In this document: positions 49,200 through 59,880 of the stretch, piece after piece
How the letters are laid out: the number at the start of each line of letters is the position of its first letter
Position numbering within the stretch: position 1 is the first letter of the stretch
Source of the DNA: an uncultured delta proteobacterium
GTDB taxonomy: Bacteria > Desulfobacterota > Binatia > UBA9968
NCBI GenBank assembly: GCA_963745835.1
Contig: CAVUZH010000025.1
Location: forward strand, 64,001 to 128,000
Direction of reading: 5' to 3'
Length of the DNA: 64,000 nt
Position numbers and translations under genes: made by a program
Notes under the pieces: generated by a model
Database searches by the model: none
What the model was told of the DNA's origin: nothing
The model's input: the letters and a program-made list of their open reading frames with translations, nothing else

Positions 49200-50000
49200 G
49201 TGCCATCGTGGGATATTCGACAAATCGCGCTCTGCGAAGCGAAAGGGATACGCGTCCGCAAGAATGCATGTATTCTCGACTATGGATGCGGAGCTGGCCG
49301 TCGTGTATACGAGCTGCTCGATGCCGGCTATTTGAATGCATCTGGCTATGATGTGCTGGATTATCTGGAGCTTCGCAACCCTGCCGATCGTAAACACTTT
49401 TACATTGCCCCAGACGGGCGCATTCCATTACCGGATGCGAGTCTCGACTTTGTTTTCAGCGATCAGGTTTTTGAACATGTAATGGACCAACCTTCCGCAT
49501 GGCAGGAGATTGTCCGCGTACTGAAGCCGGGCGGTGCGAGTGTTCATGTGATTCCGACGAAATGGCAATTTATAGAACCGCATATCAAAGTGCCTCTCGG
49601 TGGGTTTCAGTTATTTAAGCGTTATCCCTATTACTTGCTATGGGCAATACTCGGTATTCGGAATGAATACCAGCAGGGGCTTTCCGCCCGTGAGACAGCC
49701 CGCCGCAACCACGACTACAGCCGCACCGCTCTAAACTATTGGAGTTCATGGAAATACCGGCAGCTCTTTCGCACGCTGCCGATCACATGGAGTTGGGAAG
49801 AAGTCTCGTATATGGAGGCTAGCTACAAGCCCCGCATACAGCAGTTGGCACGCGCGGCACGGCGGGTGGCACTGGTCACTACGATTATCCGCACCTTCCA
49901 CACCCGAGTCTTATTTCTGGTCAAAACTGTCAACGGAGAGGAAGCCATCCGTCCGCCTGGTAATCGAAGCCGAGCCTCGGCTGTCGGGCTGCGCCAGTGA
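49200..50000 (+). CDS. Class I SAM-dependent methyltransferase
   Basis: ILDYGCGAG, IPLPDASLDFVFSDQVFEHV, RVLKPGG. Confidence 0.88.
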   Translation: MPSWDIRQIALCEAKGIRVRKNACILDYGCGAGRRVYELLDAGYLNASGYDVLDYLELRNPADRKHFYIAPDGRIPLPDASLDFVFSDQVFEHVMDQPSAWQEIVRVLKPGGASVHVIPTKWQFIEPHIKVPLGGFQLFKRYPYYLLWAILGIRNEYQQGLSARETARRNHDYSRTALNYWSSWKYRQLFRTLPITWSWEEVSYMEASYKPRIQQLARAARRVALVTTIIRTFHTRVLFLVKTVNGEEAIRPPGNRSRASAVGLRQ

Positions 50001-50166
50001 ACGCTGGTTCGAATCACATGAAATAATTTCACAGGTTGCACCGCCGGAACGAATGAGCAACAACAACTTGATTCATCTTCGACAATGTCGAAGTTGAGGA
50101 GCGCGATCTATGATAGGCGAACTCCGGTAGTCATTCATTCAGCGATTTACGGAGAACAAAGAGTCG

Positions 50167-51042
50167 ATGAATGCAATCATCACTGCAGCGACGGGATATA
50201 GCGAAGCTGATCTGCAACCGTTCTTACGCTCAGTCGATCGTGCGTGCCCGGGTACTAAAGTTTTTCTAATCGCGTACAACCGCGATCATGTGGAAATAGG
50301 AGGGTTGCGATCTAAGTATTCGTTTATAGAGCCAGTCTATGTGCCGCGTAAATTTAACCGAGGCGGCAGAGTTTATCGATCGTTCGCGCGCCACTTCATT
50401 CAGGACGATTACTTCGCCTGCGGCTCACGCTGGAGGAGTGTGGGTAGATATTCGCTACATATAGCCCTTGAGCGCTATTTTCTGGCTTTAGAGATCCTGC
50501 GAATCCATCGGAATTCATTCGAGAATGTATTGTTGACCGATAGTCGGGATGTGGTCTTGCAGCACGATCCATTTACACAGATCGGCGACAAGTTGATCTC
50601 TGGCATCGAGGAACAGACAATCGGCGATTGCTCGATCAATACCGATTGGATCACCCATCTGTATGGAACCGATGTTCATAAAAACATGTCTGATCGTAGA
50701 ATCGTCTGCTCTGGAGTTACCCTAGGACCGGCCGATCCAATGGAAGCGTATCTGGTTGAAATGTGCCGGGAGATATGGAAATGTCTGCCGAAACTTGCGC
50801 TGATTGCACAGTATGATCAGGGGATTCATAATCACCTGATTCACACCGGTAGAATCAATCTGCACCTAACAGACAATCGGGCTGGAATCATTGCGACCCT
50901 ACACTATGAAAATCCACGTAACATCCAGACGGATGCTACAGCGGGCGTAGTTACGGTTCAAGGAAAAGCGCCTGCTATCATTCATCAGTATGATCGGCAC
51001 CGCAATTTGGTCGCATTTGTGAAGGAGCGACTAGCAGATTGA
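50167..51042 (+). CDS. Putative GT-A-fold glycosyltransferase of unassigned family
   Basis: VLLTDSRDVVLQHDPF, IVCSGVTLG, DQGIHN, IIHQYDRH; EPS operon context. Confidence 0.55.
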   Translation: MNAIITAATGYSEADLQPFLRSVDRACPGTKVFLIAYNRDHVEIGGLRSKYSFIEPVYVPRKFNRGGRVYRSFARHFIQDDYFACGSRWRSVGRYSLHIALERYFLALEILRIHRNSFENVLLTDSRDVVLQHDPFTQIGDKLISGIEEQTIGDCSINTDWITHLYGTDVHKNMSDRRIVCSGVTLGPADPMEAYLVEMCREIWKCLPKLALIAQYDQGIHNHLIHTGRINLHLTDNRAGIIATLHYENPRNIQTDATAGVVTVQGKAPAIIHQYDRHRNLVAFVKERLAD

Positions 51043-52281
51043 GTGAACCCTCGGCTCTCAAGCTTTCCGAGCAACTGCATGCCTCGCCTCAAGAAACTCG
51101 CGCCCTTATTGCTCCTTTGTTTCTCATCTGTTGTACTTGCTGGACTGATATCGGAGGCTTTGCTGACTATAGCCCAGATAAACACAAAAGCTTACGATCG
51201 ATACATTCCCGGCAAGGGGACTACTTACGTACCTGGCGCCTACTATCGGCACACCAAAGAAGGCTTCTCAGAAGGATACATCAACTCTCACGGGTTCCGC
51301 GACTACGAGCGGTTTTATGAAAAGCCTGAAAATAGTGTCAGGATACTCATTCTGGGCGATTCTTATGTAGAGGCACTCCAGGTTGCGCTTGAGAATGCGT
51401 TTCCGGCGCTTCTTGAAAAAAAGCTCAATGGAAACTCTACCGCGACGAAATTCGAGGTCTTGAATCTAGGTCAGTCTGGTTTTGGAACTGCTGACGCGTA
51501 CATGAGGTATCTGAATTTCGGCGTCAAATATTCTCCCGATTTGGTCCTTCTCGCTTTTTTGACTGGTAACGACCTCCAGGATAATTCCAAATTTCTCAAT
51601 CGAGAAAATCTCCGGTTCTATTTTGTTTTTGACGACCAACAAAGACTGGTATTGGATCGTTCGCTGATGGACCAGTACGAACGGAATCTAAACCTTCCAA
51701 GACGGGTCTTCCAATATCTCAAACGAAATTCTTATCTCGCGAGCTTAATTTCTCAACGGTTTTACCTGCTGAGGCTTCAAATTCGCAATCGTGATTTTGG
51801 CAGGAGCGTCGCAGGAAAACAGCAAAGTGGATCTAAGCCGAAAATAGATGAGTTCTCCCCCCTGAATATTTATTTATCTAACCAAAGTAATCATTGGAGA
51901 CAGGCTTTTGACGTCAGCACAGATTTGCTGTGCAAATTCAGGGACAGTGTAGAAGCGAGCGGGAGCCAGTTTCTCCTCGTTACGCTCTCAAATGCCGAGC
52001 AAGTTCATCCTGAACTTCAGCGGCAGCTCAGGAATGAATACGACACAGAATTTGATTTTGACCAGCCAGACTCTCTTCTTGAGGAATTTGCAAAGAGAAA
52101 ACACATTTCTCACCTAAACCTGATGCCGTTCTTTCGTGAATATCACCTTCGAACTGGAAACTATCTTCATGGTTTTGGTGGAAGTAAGGGAGGACACTGG
52201 AACGAGAATGGTCACCGTCTGGCCGCAGAGAAGATCTTCGAGTTTTTAAAGAACAGCGATCTTCTTCATCTTCCGCTCTAA
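51043..52281 (+). CDS. Membrane-anchored SGNH/GDSL protein (AlgX/AlgJ-like O-acyltransferase or esterase)
   Basis: N-terminal TM, NSHGFRD, ILGDSYVE, GND, GHWNENGH. Confidence 0.82.
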   Translation: MNPRLSSFPSNCMPRLKKLAPLLLLCFSSVVLAGLISEALLTIAQINTKAYDRYIPGKGTTYVPGAYYRHTKEGFSEGYINSHGFRDYERFYEKPENSVRILILGDSYVEALQVALENAFPALLEKKLNGNSTATKFEVLNLGQSGFGTADAYMRYLNFGVKYSPDLVLLAFLTGNDLQDNSKFLNRENLRFYFVFDDQQRLVLDRSLMDQYERNLNLPRRVFQYLKRNSYLASLISQRFYLLRLQIRNRDFGRSVAGKQQSGSKPKIDEFSPLNIYLSNQSNHWRQAFDVSTDLLCKFRDSVEASGSQFLLVTLSNAEQVHPELQRQLRNEYDTEFDFDQPDSLLEEFAKRKHISHLNLMPFFREYHLRTGNYLHGFGGSKGGHWNENGHRLAAEKIFEFLKNSDLLHLPL

Positions 52282-52296
52282 TTTCTGAAGCTAGGC

Positions 52297-53154
52297 ATGA
52301 GCACTAGAATGCGTTCACAAATGGAATTCTGCATCCGCGACGATGACACCAGCTACTTCACGTCACCTGATGACCTAGAGAAGGTATATGGCGGGATTAG
52401 TCAACGGGGTCCGGTTTCATTAGCCGTGGTGCCTTTTCATCGCGCTGGCACGAGCGGGTGCGTGCCTGAGCGATTTCGCATGCGCGGAACCGTACATCCG
52501 CTGCACGAAAATCAGCCTCTTGTAGAATATCTGCGTGATGGAGTGGCAAAAGACCGCTTCGAAATCATGCTGCACGGCTATCATCATGATGAAACAGATG
52601 GGTTGTGCGAATTCACAAATCGCGCCGACCTCAAAGAGCGAGTTTCCCGCGGCCGTAAATATCTCGAAGATCTGCTTGGGACACATATTCGGGTTTTCGT
52701 CCCGCCTGGAAATACAATTGGAACTGCTGGCTTAAAGGCAATCGCTCGGGAGGGTCTCCATCTCGGCGGAACCGCCGGCGTTCGTGCAGGCTGGAATCCT
52801 TTAGGGCCGGCAACTTGGCGAACGTGGCTACGACTCAAAAAATGGCAGCGCAGTGGGGGGGTGGGTATTCCATGGGTTCTTGATCTTGGCGATCACCGTG
52901 AAATTCCAGGAAACCCTGTGACTCCGGCTGCTAGTTTCGAGGAGAACGGGGCGAGATTTCAAACGGCGCTGACGATCGGTGGAGTTTTTTGCGTCGCGAC
53001 GCATTATTGGGAAATGGAGGCTCCAAGTGCGCACCCTGGCGCACCTTCAGTGGGGGAGCATCTTCGACATTTAGTTCAGCTCGCCACATCAAATCCCCAA
53101 GTCAAATGGCGCTCGGTCGGAGATGTCGTCTCTGAAAGCGATTGTGTAGCCTGA
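52297..53154 (+). CDS. Polysaccharide deacetylase-like protein (DUF2334/NodB fold)
   Basis: CIRDDD, SLAVVP, EIMLHGYHH, VFVPPGN. Confidence 0.8.
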   Translation: MSTRMRSQMEFCIRDDDTSYFTSPDDLEKVYGGISQRGPVSLAVVPFHRAGTSGCVPERFRMRGTVHPLHENQPLVEYLRDGVAKDRFEIMLHGYHHDETDGLCEFTNRADLKERVSRGRKYLEDLLGTHIRVFVPPGNTIGTAGLKAIAREGLHLGGTAGVRAGWNPLGPATWRTWLRLKKWQRSGGVGIPWVLDLGDHREIPGNPVTPAASFEENGARFQTALTIGGVFCVATHYWEMEAPSAHPGAPSVGEHLRHLVQLATSNPQVKWRSVGDVVSESDCVA

Positions 53155-53155
53155 T

Positions 53156-55004
53156 ATGTGTGGCTTCTTAGCAATTCTCGGAACGAACCTGCATAAAGTA
53201 AGCAAGAAGCGCCTACTGGATTCCCTTGCGCATCGAGGTCCCGATGCGTCCGGAGAATGGCAGGATGACGGGGTATATTCTGGGGCACCGGCGGCTTTCC
53301 ATCATCGACCTCGCTACGGGAAATCAGCCAATGGAGAGTTGGGACGATCGCTACGTCATCGTTTTCAACGGAGAGATCTACAACTTCATTGAGCTTCGCG
53401 AGCTTCTCATTTCTAAGGGAGCACGATTTCGGACCCGTTCCGATACTGAGGTGATATTGGAAGCTTATCGGGAATGGGGTCCGAAGCTCGTCGATCGTCT
53501 GCATGGAATGTTTGCTTTCGTCATCTGGGATCGACAGCGGCGTGCGGCGTTCGCTGCTCGTGATCGCATTGGTATTAAACCGCTGTCTTGGGCTGCTGTT
53601 CCCCACGGTTTGGTGATAGCCTCTACCCTCGAACCGTTTTCGTTAATCGAAATGTTCCGCAGTGTCGATATGCAGGCCATCCGGGACATTATGGTTTATG
53701 ATTATATCCTGGCGCCCAGAACAATCTTTAAAAACGTGCACAAACTGGAACCGGGCTGCCAGCTCGAGTGGTGCGTTGGTCAAAGAGATCCTGCCATCAA
53801 TCGTTACTGGGCGCCGCCGCTCAATCAACAGAACCTCAAACCTCCCGAATCGGACGAGCTCGAGATCTTGCTCGATCATGCGGTAAAGCGGCAGATGATC
53901 AGCGATGTACCCATCGGAGTGTTCTTGTCAGGAGGCATTGATTCCTCGCTAATCGTCGCTTTTATGGCGCGGCATTCCAGCAAACCGGTGCGAACGTTTT
54001 CTGTCGGGTTCCGCGAAGGCAAGGTGGACGAGTCGCCCATCGCCGAAACGGTAGCTCGCCGGTATGGAACAGACCACACCGTCCTTCAGGGAGAGGAAGT
54101 TGGCCCTGAGGATCTCTTGGAATTGCTCGGGCGGCTAGATGAGCCGTTCTGTGATCCGGCTGTTGTTCCTACGTATGCCCTCTCACTGCTCACGAAGAGA
54201 CACGTTAAGGTCGCGCTTTCAGGCGATGGGGGTGACGAGGTTTTCGGTGGGTATCCGAAATATCTTTATGGCGATACGGATCGCTTTCGTCTTCCATTAT
54301 CATCATGGCTGCGGCCGCTGCTGAAAAAGACACGCTGGAGACCGCGTGGCATGGAGCGAATTTATTGGCGAACGCTCAAGCCCTCTGATCAAGTTCAGTA
54401 CGGATGGGTGCATTACGGCGATTTTCCGGTCTTCCGCAAGGACCTGCGTCAATTGTTGCGGCCCGAGTACCATCATGCGGCGCAGATTGAGGATTATTTC
54501 GAGCCATGGGAACGGCGAGCGCGGCGCTACGGCGTCGGATTCGATAGGGACGTCGTTATGCGCGCGGATCTCGAAACATATTTAAGTGAAAATTGTCTCG
54601 TAAAGACCGATCGAGCTAGCATGCTCGCTTCATTAGAGGTCAGAGTTCCGTATCTTGACGAGAGTTTACTCGAACGCATTCTCCCTCTTCATGCCAGTGT
54701 GAAAATCAAGGATCGACAGTTGAAGGCGCTCTTAATGCCTGTTGCACGCCGCCTGTTGCCGAGAGAGGTTTGGGATCGGCCAAAGCAAGGGTTTGGCGTA
54801 CCGTACGGCTTACAACTCCGGCGTGCCTGGAAGCCCGCCCTCGACGCAGCTCTGAGTTGGGGCGAATCGAACCTGGACATTTTTGACTATGGCTACCTCC
54901 GCCGCTTGCAGGCGATTAATGTCACGGAAGGTGAATCCGGGATGGAACTTTGGAATCCTTTTGTGTTTCTCTCGTGGTCCATGGCCCACTCTATTGAGAT
55001 ATGA
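53156..55004 (+). CDS. asnB: Asparagine-synthetase-like glutamine amidotransferase (copy 2), frameshift near 53275
   Basis: MCGFL, HRGPD, LGHRRLSIIDL, FNGEIYN, FLSGGIDSS, LSGDGGDEVFGGY, KTDRASMLASLEVRVP. Confidence 0.9.
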
Positions 55005-56122
55005 AGATCGCCTTCGTGAATGATCTTATATACGCCTATGCCATGGGCGCTCCTTCTGCCGTCGGCGGAGCGGAACGGCAGCAGTGGCTTTTGGCGCGCG
55101 CACTCGCTGCAGCTGGATGGCAAGTTACGGTGGGCGTTAGGCAATCATTAGAATATAAACGGCGAGTTGACATCGAAGGAGTAAGATTTGTAGGCATCGG
55201 CGAAGGCCAGATCTTGTTGTCCTGGTATCGTTTCCTGAAAGCGGAACAGCCCGATTGGTGGTACTGGCGCTGTGCAAGTCACCTGCTCGGACTTGCGACT
55301 ATTGCAGCAAAGTTCGCCAACGTGCGCATAATCTTTGCTGTTGGGTTCGATAGCGATGTTAACATTCGCTATGCTCTTTATCAGCGTCCTCGATGGTGGC
55401 CGCTCTATGCTTTGGGTGTTGCCTGGGCCGACAAAATTTTCGTTCAGAACGATAAACAACTTATAAGCCTGCCGCGACAGTGGCGAACTAAGACTTGGAA
55501 AGTCCCAAGCATAACTCCGGAACCTGGAGCCGTGATCCCGCAGACGCAACGCGCGCACTATGTTGCTTGGGTGGCGATGTTACGAAAGTTTAAGCGTCCG
55601 GACTTGCTCATAGAAATTGCTGGAAAAGCGCCCGATCTTTGTTTTGTAGTCTGTGGGGGGCTCACCACTTTTACGGCTGCTCCGGGTTACGGTGAAAAAA
55701 TGGTCGAAAGTCTGCAGGCTTTGCCGAATGTGCAATACCTTGGACAAGTTGCACCGGCTAAAGCTCTTCGGGTTATCAGCGAGGCGGCGATCTTTCTTTC
55801 CACTTCGGACGAAGAAGGGTTCCCAAATACATTTTTACAAGCCTGGGGCGCCGGCACTCCGGTAATCAGCTTGAGAATAGATCCAGATCAGGTAATCGAG
55901 CGTTACGCGCTAGGAAGAGTGTCCTGTACCGTCCAACAAGCGATCATTGATATTAGAGACTTACTTGGTTCGCCTGAAGCGCGAGAAGCTATATCTGGAC
56001 GCGCAAGACAATATGTGGCAAATCATCACAGCTCTTCTGCTCTCGTTAGCATGCTTGAGAATGTCACACTCGGTATTCTCCCTCCGATAACTGCGCAAAG
56101 TCAGAGTGCGAAGTTGGTTTGA
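55001..56122 (+). CDS. GT4 glycosyltransferase
   Basis: GGAERQQ, KRPDL, TSDEEGFPNTFLQAW. Confidence 0.88.
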   Translation: MKIAFVNDLIYAYAMGAPSAVGGAERQQWLLARALAAAGWQVTVGVRQSLEYKRRVDIEGVRFVGIGEGQILLSWYRFLKAEQPDWWYWRCASHLLGLATIAAKFANVRIIFAVGFDSDVNIRYALYQRPRWWPLYALGVAWADKIFVQNDKQLISLPRQWRTKTWKVPSITPEPGAVIPQTQRAHYVAWVAMLRKFKRPDLLIEIAGKAPDLCFVVCGGLTTFTAAPGYGEKMVESLQALPNVQYLGQVAPAKALRVISEAAIFLSTSDEEGFPNTFLQAWGAGTPVISLRIDPDQVIERYALGRVSCTVQQAIIDIRDLLGSPEAREAISGRARQYVANHHSSSALVSMLENVTLGILPPITAQSQSAKLV

Positions 56123-56146
56123 TACGGCCTAAAAACTCTACAGACG

Positions 56147-57349
56147 ATGAAAGTTTTGATTCTCCATTCAGAGCTTGGTGTCCTCCGGGGCGGCGGAGAA
56201 AATTTCACGAGAAGCTTGTTTACTGCTTTTGCCAAGCGCGGTCATCAAATCGATGCAGCATTCGTAGCAGACATAAAGAGTAATTATCCGATTCCAATTC
56301 CCGCCGGCATCCGGCCGATTCCATTAGGCGGCTGGTGGTCGCCGGATTTTGGACAGAGGGAGTTGTCATTAGTAGGCCGCTACATTCCAGACGAAACTCG
56401 GCTGCGGAAGGAGTGGGATCGTATCCAGCAGGGAATCTCCTGGCGCACTTTCAGATGGCATAATAAGCGTTTTCAGCGCCGGGTTCAGCTCAGGTTTAGT
56501 AGAACTTGGTCGCAGTTCGATGCCGCATACGTACACGGTGATGCGATCCTGGCAAGTGAAGTTGCCCGTCATCTTCCAACCATTCTGTTTTTACCTGGGC
56601 CGGTGACGGCTGAGCTCGCTCCGCAGTTATTTGCGACTCAAGCAGTCTGCTCCAATGGCGATGCCTTAATCCAGATCCGAAAATTTTTGGGAAATCATGC
56701 CACTGAGCTTCCTGTAGGACTTGACCACGAGGTATTCAAGCCCGGTCCGACAACAATTCGTGAGAGACTTGGGTGGTCGGTTGAAGATCGCGTGGTCGGC
56801 TATGTCGGTCGGTTACACCATATAAAAGGTGTGGACCTTCTTTCCACTGCATTCCAGCAGGTGTCTGAAGTTGTGCGCAACGCCAGATTGCTGATCATTG
56901 GAAGAGGTGAAGAGGAAAAAAATATCCGGTCAGATTTGGCGGATGAAATCTCACGTGGGCTGGTTCATCTTGAGAGGGACGTCAAGCATGAGGGGCTTGC
57001 TGAATGGTACCGCGCAATGGACTTGATGATTATGCCCAGTAGATACGAAAACTTCTCGAATTCCCTGCTTGAAGGGATGGCTTGCGAGATACCCTTCTTG
57101 GGCTCTGATATTGGAGGGAATAGAATGATGGCCAACACCGGAGCAGGATGGGTCTTCCAACCAGGTTCTGCTTCGTCCCTGGCCGGCCGGTTAAGAGAAG
57201 TCCTAAAGAATAGCACTCAGCTGAAAAAGCGTGGAAGACTAGGGGCTCAGCACGTACAACGTCACCACAATTGGCAGTCGAGCGCCGCCCATTTGGAATC
57301 GATCCTCGGGCGCCATCTGGCGAACCGAAAGGATCAGATTCCGGCGTAA
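56147..57349 (+). CDS. GT4 glycosyltransferase
   Basis: GGGENF, YVGRLHHIKGVD, PSRYENFSNSLLEGMA. Confidence 0.9.
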   Translation: MKVLILHSELGVLRGGGENFTRSLFTAFAKRGHQIDAAFVADIKSNYPIPIPAGIRPIPLGGWWSPDFGQRELSLVGRYIPDETRLRKEWDRIQQGISWRTFRWHNKRFQRRVQLRFSRTWSQFDAAYVHGDAILASEVARHLPTILFLPGPVTAELAPQLFATQAVCSNGDALIQIRKFLGNHATELPVGLDHEVFKPGPTTIRERLGWSVEDRVVGYVGRLHHIKGVDLLSTAFQQVSEVVRNARLLIIGRGEEEKNIRSDLADEISRGLVHLERDVKHEGLAEWYRAMDLMIMPSRYENFSNSLLEGMACEIPFLGSDIGGNRMMANTGAGWVFQPGSASSLAGRLREVLKNSTQLKKRGRLGAQHVQRHHNWQSSAAHLESILGRHLANRKDQIPA

Positions 57350-58722
57350 TGGGAGAGGTGACCCCTACTGCGCATCGGATACGCGGTAGAATCCAGTTAA
57401 AACATGCCTAAAGAACCGAGTATCGAACTAGCGGCCCGGCGGGCCAGACCAGATGGGGTAACATATACCCGCATCAGAATACCATCGAGCAACTCGAATT
57501 GGGCTTCTATGCGGCGATGGTTTACTCCCTCACGGCGGACGTTTGGGGCGTTTCGGTTCCGATGTTTGCCGGTGCTTTGTTCTTGGCTCTAGTAGCGCTT
57601 TGCATTTGGGAGCTTCGACCGTTTGCGAAAGCCGCTTACGCTCCTATTTGGCTGCTTCTTGCCTGCGGCATCACCTATATTTTAGTCCAAGTCGTGGTCC
57701 ACGAGGAAAGTATCAGAAGCGAAAGCACAAGGCCTTTCATTATCTGGATCACGCAACTGGCAATTGTCCACTCCCTTTGTTTGCGCCCAGGGTTTTCGCG
57801 ACGCTACCCCTGGTCTTGTTCTGTGTAGCTGCCCTGTCACTGCCATATTTAGCGTATAACACCGGGAACGTTGAGCGGGCACACGTTGAGCGTGATCTCG
57901 GCCTCGGTGGGGGATTAGCCAGCGTCAACGGCCTCGGCGAATGGTTTGGATTCTTTGCGATTTATTTTGCAATTTGCGGGCTCGAAACCAATCGTTTCAG
58001 TCATAGATTGGCAGCTTGGGGAACAGTGGTTGGTTGTCTACTCGTAGTCGGGTTGACGGTCAGTCGTGGATCCATGTTTGGCGCTGCTCTCGGAATCGTG
58101 ATCGCTTTCCGCTCTCTTCTCAAGCGGGGCTTTATACCGGTTCTCCTGCTACTAACGATTGCGGGGATCATTTACGAAAGTGGCTTGTTTGACCAAGCCG
58201 TTACTGGTTATGAGGAACGCGCCATGCAGGAGAGCGGTCGGGAGAGAATCTGGCCAGCCGTCATGAATAGAATTATGGATAATCCGGTTTTTGGCGTGGG
58301 GGAATCGAAAGTTGCCACACAGGTCTCCGCCGCGCGCTTTGACCAACCACACAACACGTTTCTTTACATCTCCCCTTGCCGCCGGAGTCATTCCTGCTGC
58401 GTTTCTGATTGCGTTCTTTATTCAGGCGGGCCGGAAATGTGCCATGCAGAGGAACATGCAAGGGGACGATTCCTTTCGAGTTCCGTATCTTGTCTTTACC
58501 TTCGTAGTGCTGATGCTCGGCGATTTGGGATTTATGGCTCCCTGGGCACTCCTGACGGTTGCGATCGGAGCAGGATGCACGGTCGTATATGGACGACAAC
58601 GTCTATTCGCAGTTCGCACAGGCAATAAAGTCAGGTTCGGAATATATGCAGGGCACGATGCCGGCGGGGCAGAGACAATCATTCAATCAAAAGCTACATA
58701 TGACGTAACGAGGACAAACTGA
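57349..58722 (+). CDS. Wzy polymerase / O-antigen-ligase-family membrane protein, frameshifted
   Basis: Many TM segments, LTVSRGS, SGRERIW...NPVFGVG, PHN (Wzy_C motifs). Confidence 0.78.
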
Positions 58723-58730
58723 AACTTGCC

Positions 58731-59855
58731 TTGCATTCAGATATATCCTCAAAAAGCTGCCGCATCCTTTACACGGTCGGGCAACTCGGTGCTGGCGGGC
58801 TGGAGCGCCAGCTTTACCTGCTTTTGAAGGGAATGGATCGGAACCGTTATAAACCGGCGGTGTTCGTCTGGAATTTTCATCAGGATGATAAGTACGTTTC
58901 GTTATTCCAACGCCTCGATGTTCCAATGCATTCTGCATCGAACTGCTCAAAGACAGCAAAGCTCGCCGCTATTCGGTGGCTAGCCGCACGACTAAAACCC
59001 GAATTGATCCATTCGTACACATTTCACACCAATATAGCGGCATGGTGGGCCGCGCTAGGAACGAAAACAATCCCTTTGGGTTCGGTGCGGAGTGACTTAG
59101 CCCAGGATAAAAAGGCTTCCGGCTTACTGCTGGGTCACATATGTTCTGGTTGGCCCAAACGACAAATTTATAATAATTTCGCTAGCGCGGAAAAAGCTCG
59201 ACGCTCTAGGGGTTTGTTTAAGCCTAAGGATGTGTTTGTTGTTCGCAACGGGTTGGACCTGGCGCAGTTCCGTAGCAGTCAATTGCCGACGGACGTGCCG
59301 GTTCGAATTCTAGGGCTAGGTTCGCTCCTGCCGGTCAAACGTTGGGATCGACTGCTGGTGGCCGGTTTGGCTTTAAAAAGAAGAAGTTTCCGATTTACAA
59401 TCGAAATCGCAGGGGGAGGTCCTTTGCGCCAATCCCTCGAAAAGCAGGCTAATGATTTGGGAATTCTGGATTGTGTTACTTTCAGGGGTCACACAGATGA
59501 TGTTCCCTCGCTGATTTCGACAGCAACTTTCCTGGCACATGCTTCCGACTTTGAAGGCTGTCCCAACGCTGTAATGGAGGCAATGGCGTGCGGCCGACCG
59601 GTAGTGGCAATGGACGCCGGGGACATTTCTTCGCTTATTGATAACGGCCAAACCGGGTTCGTAGTGCGCTTAGGCGATGTTGAAGAATTCATAGAGCGCA
59701 TGGCGACTCTAATCAACAATCGTGCGCTATGCCAACAGATGGGCGAAGCAGGCCGAGCAAAAGCGGAGCGGGAATTTGGGATTGATCGTCTGTTAAATGC
59801 TACATTTGATAGCTATCGCGCTGCGGGATGGAAAGATCCGGTTGAGTTTAGCTGA
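58731..59855 (+). CDS. GT4 glycosyltransferase
   Basis: GGLERQL, VRNGLD, SDFEGCPNAVMEAMACGRPVV. Confidence 0.9.
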   Translation: MHSDISSKSCRILYTVGQLGAGGLERQLYLLLKGMDRNRYKPAVFVWNFHQDDKYVSLFQRLDVPMHSASNCSKTAKLAAIRWLAARLKPELIHSYTFHTNIAAWWAALGTKTIPLGSVRSDLAQDKKASGLLLGHICSGWPKRQIYNNFASAEKARRSRGLFKPKDVFVVRNGLDLAQFRSSQLPTDVPVRILGLGSLLPVKRWDRLLVAGLALKRRSFRFTIEIAGGGPLRQSLEKQANDLGILDCVTFRGHTDDVPSLISTATFLAHASDFEGCPNAVMEAMACGRPVVAMDAGDISSLIDNGQTGFVVRLGDVEEFIERMATLINNRALCQQMGEAGRAKAEREFGIDRLLNATFDSYRAAGWKDPVEFS

Positions 59856-59880
59856 TCATGGCGGTCGGTGTCCGTAGTCA

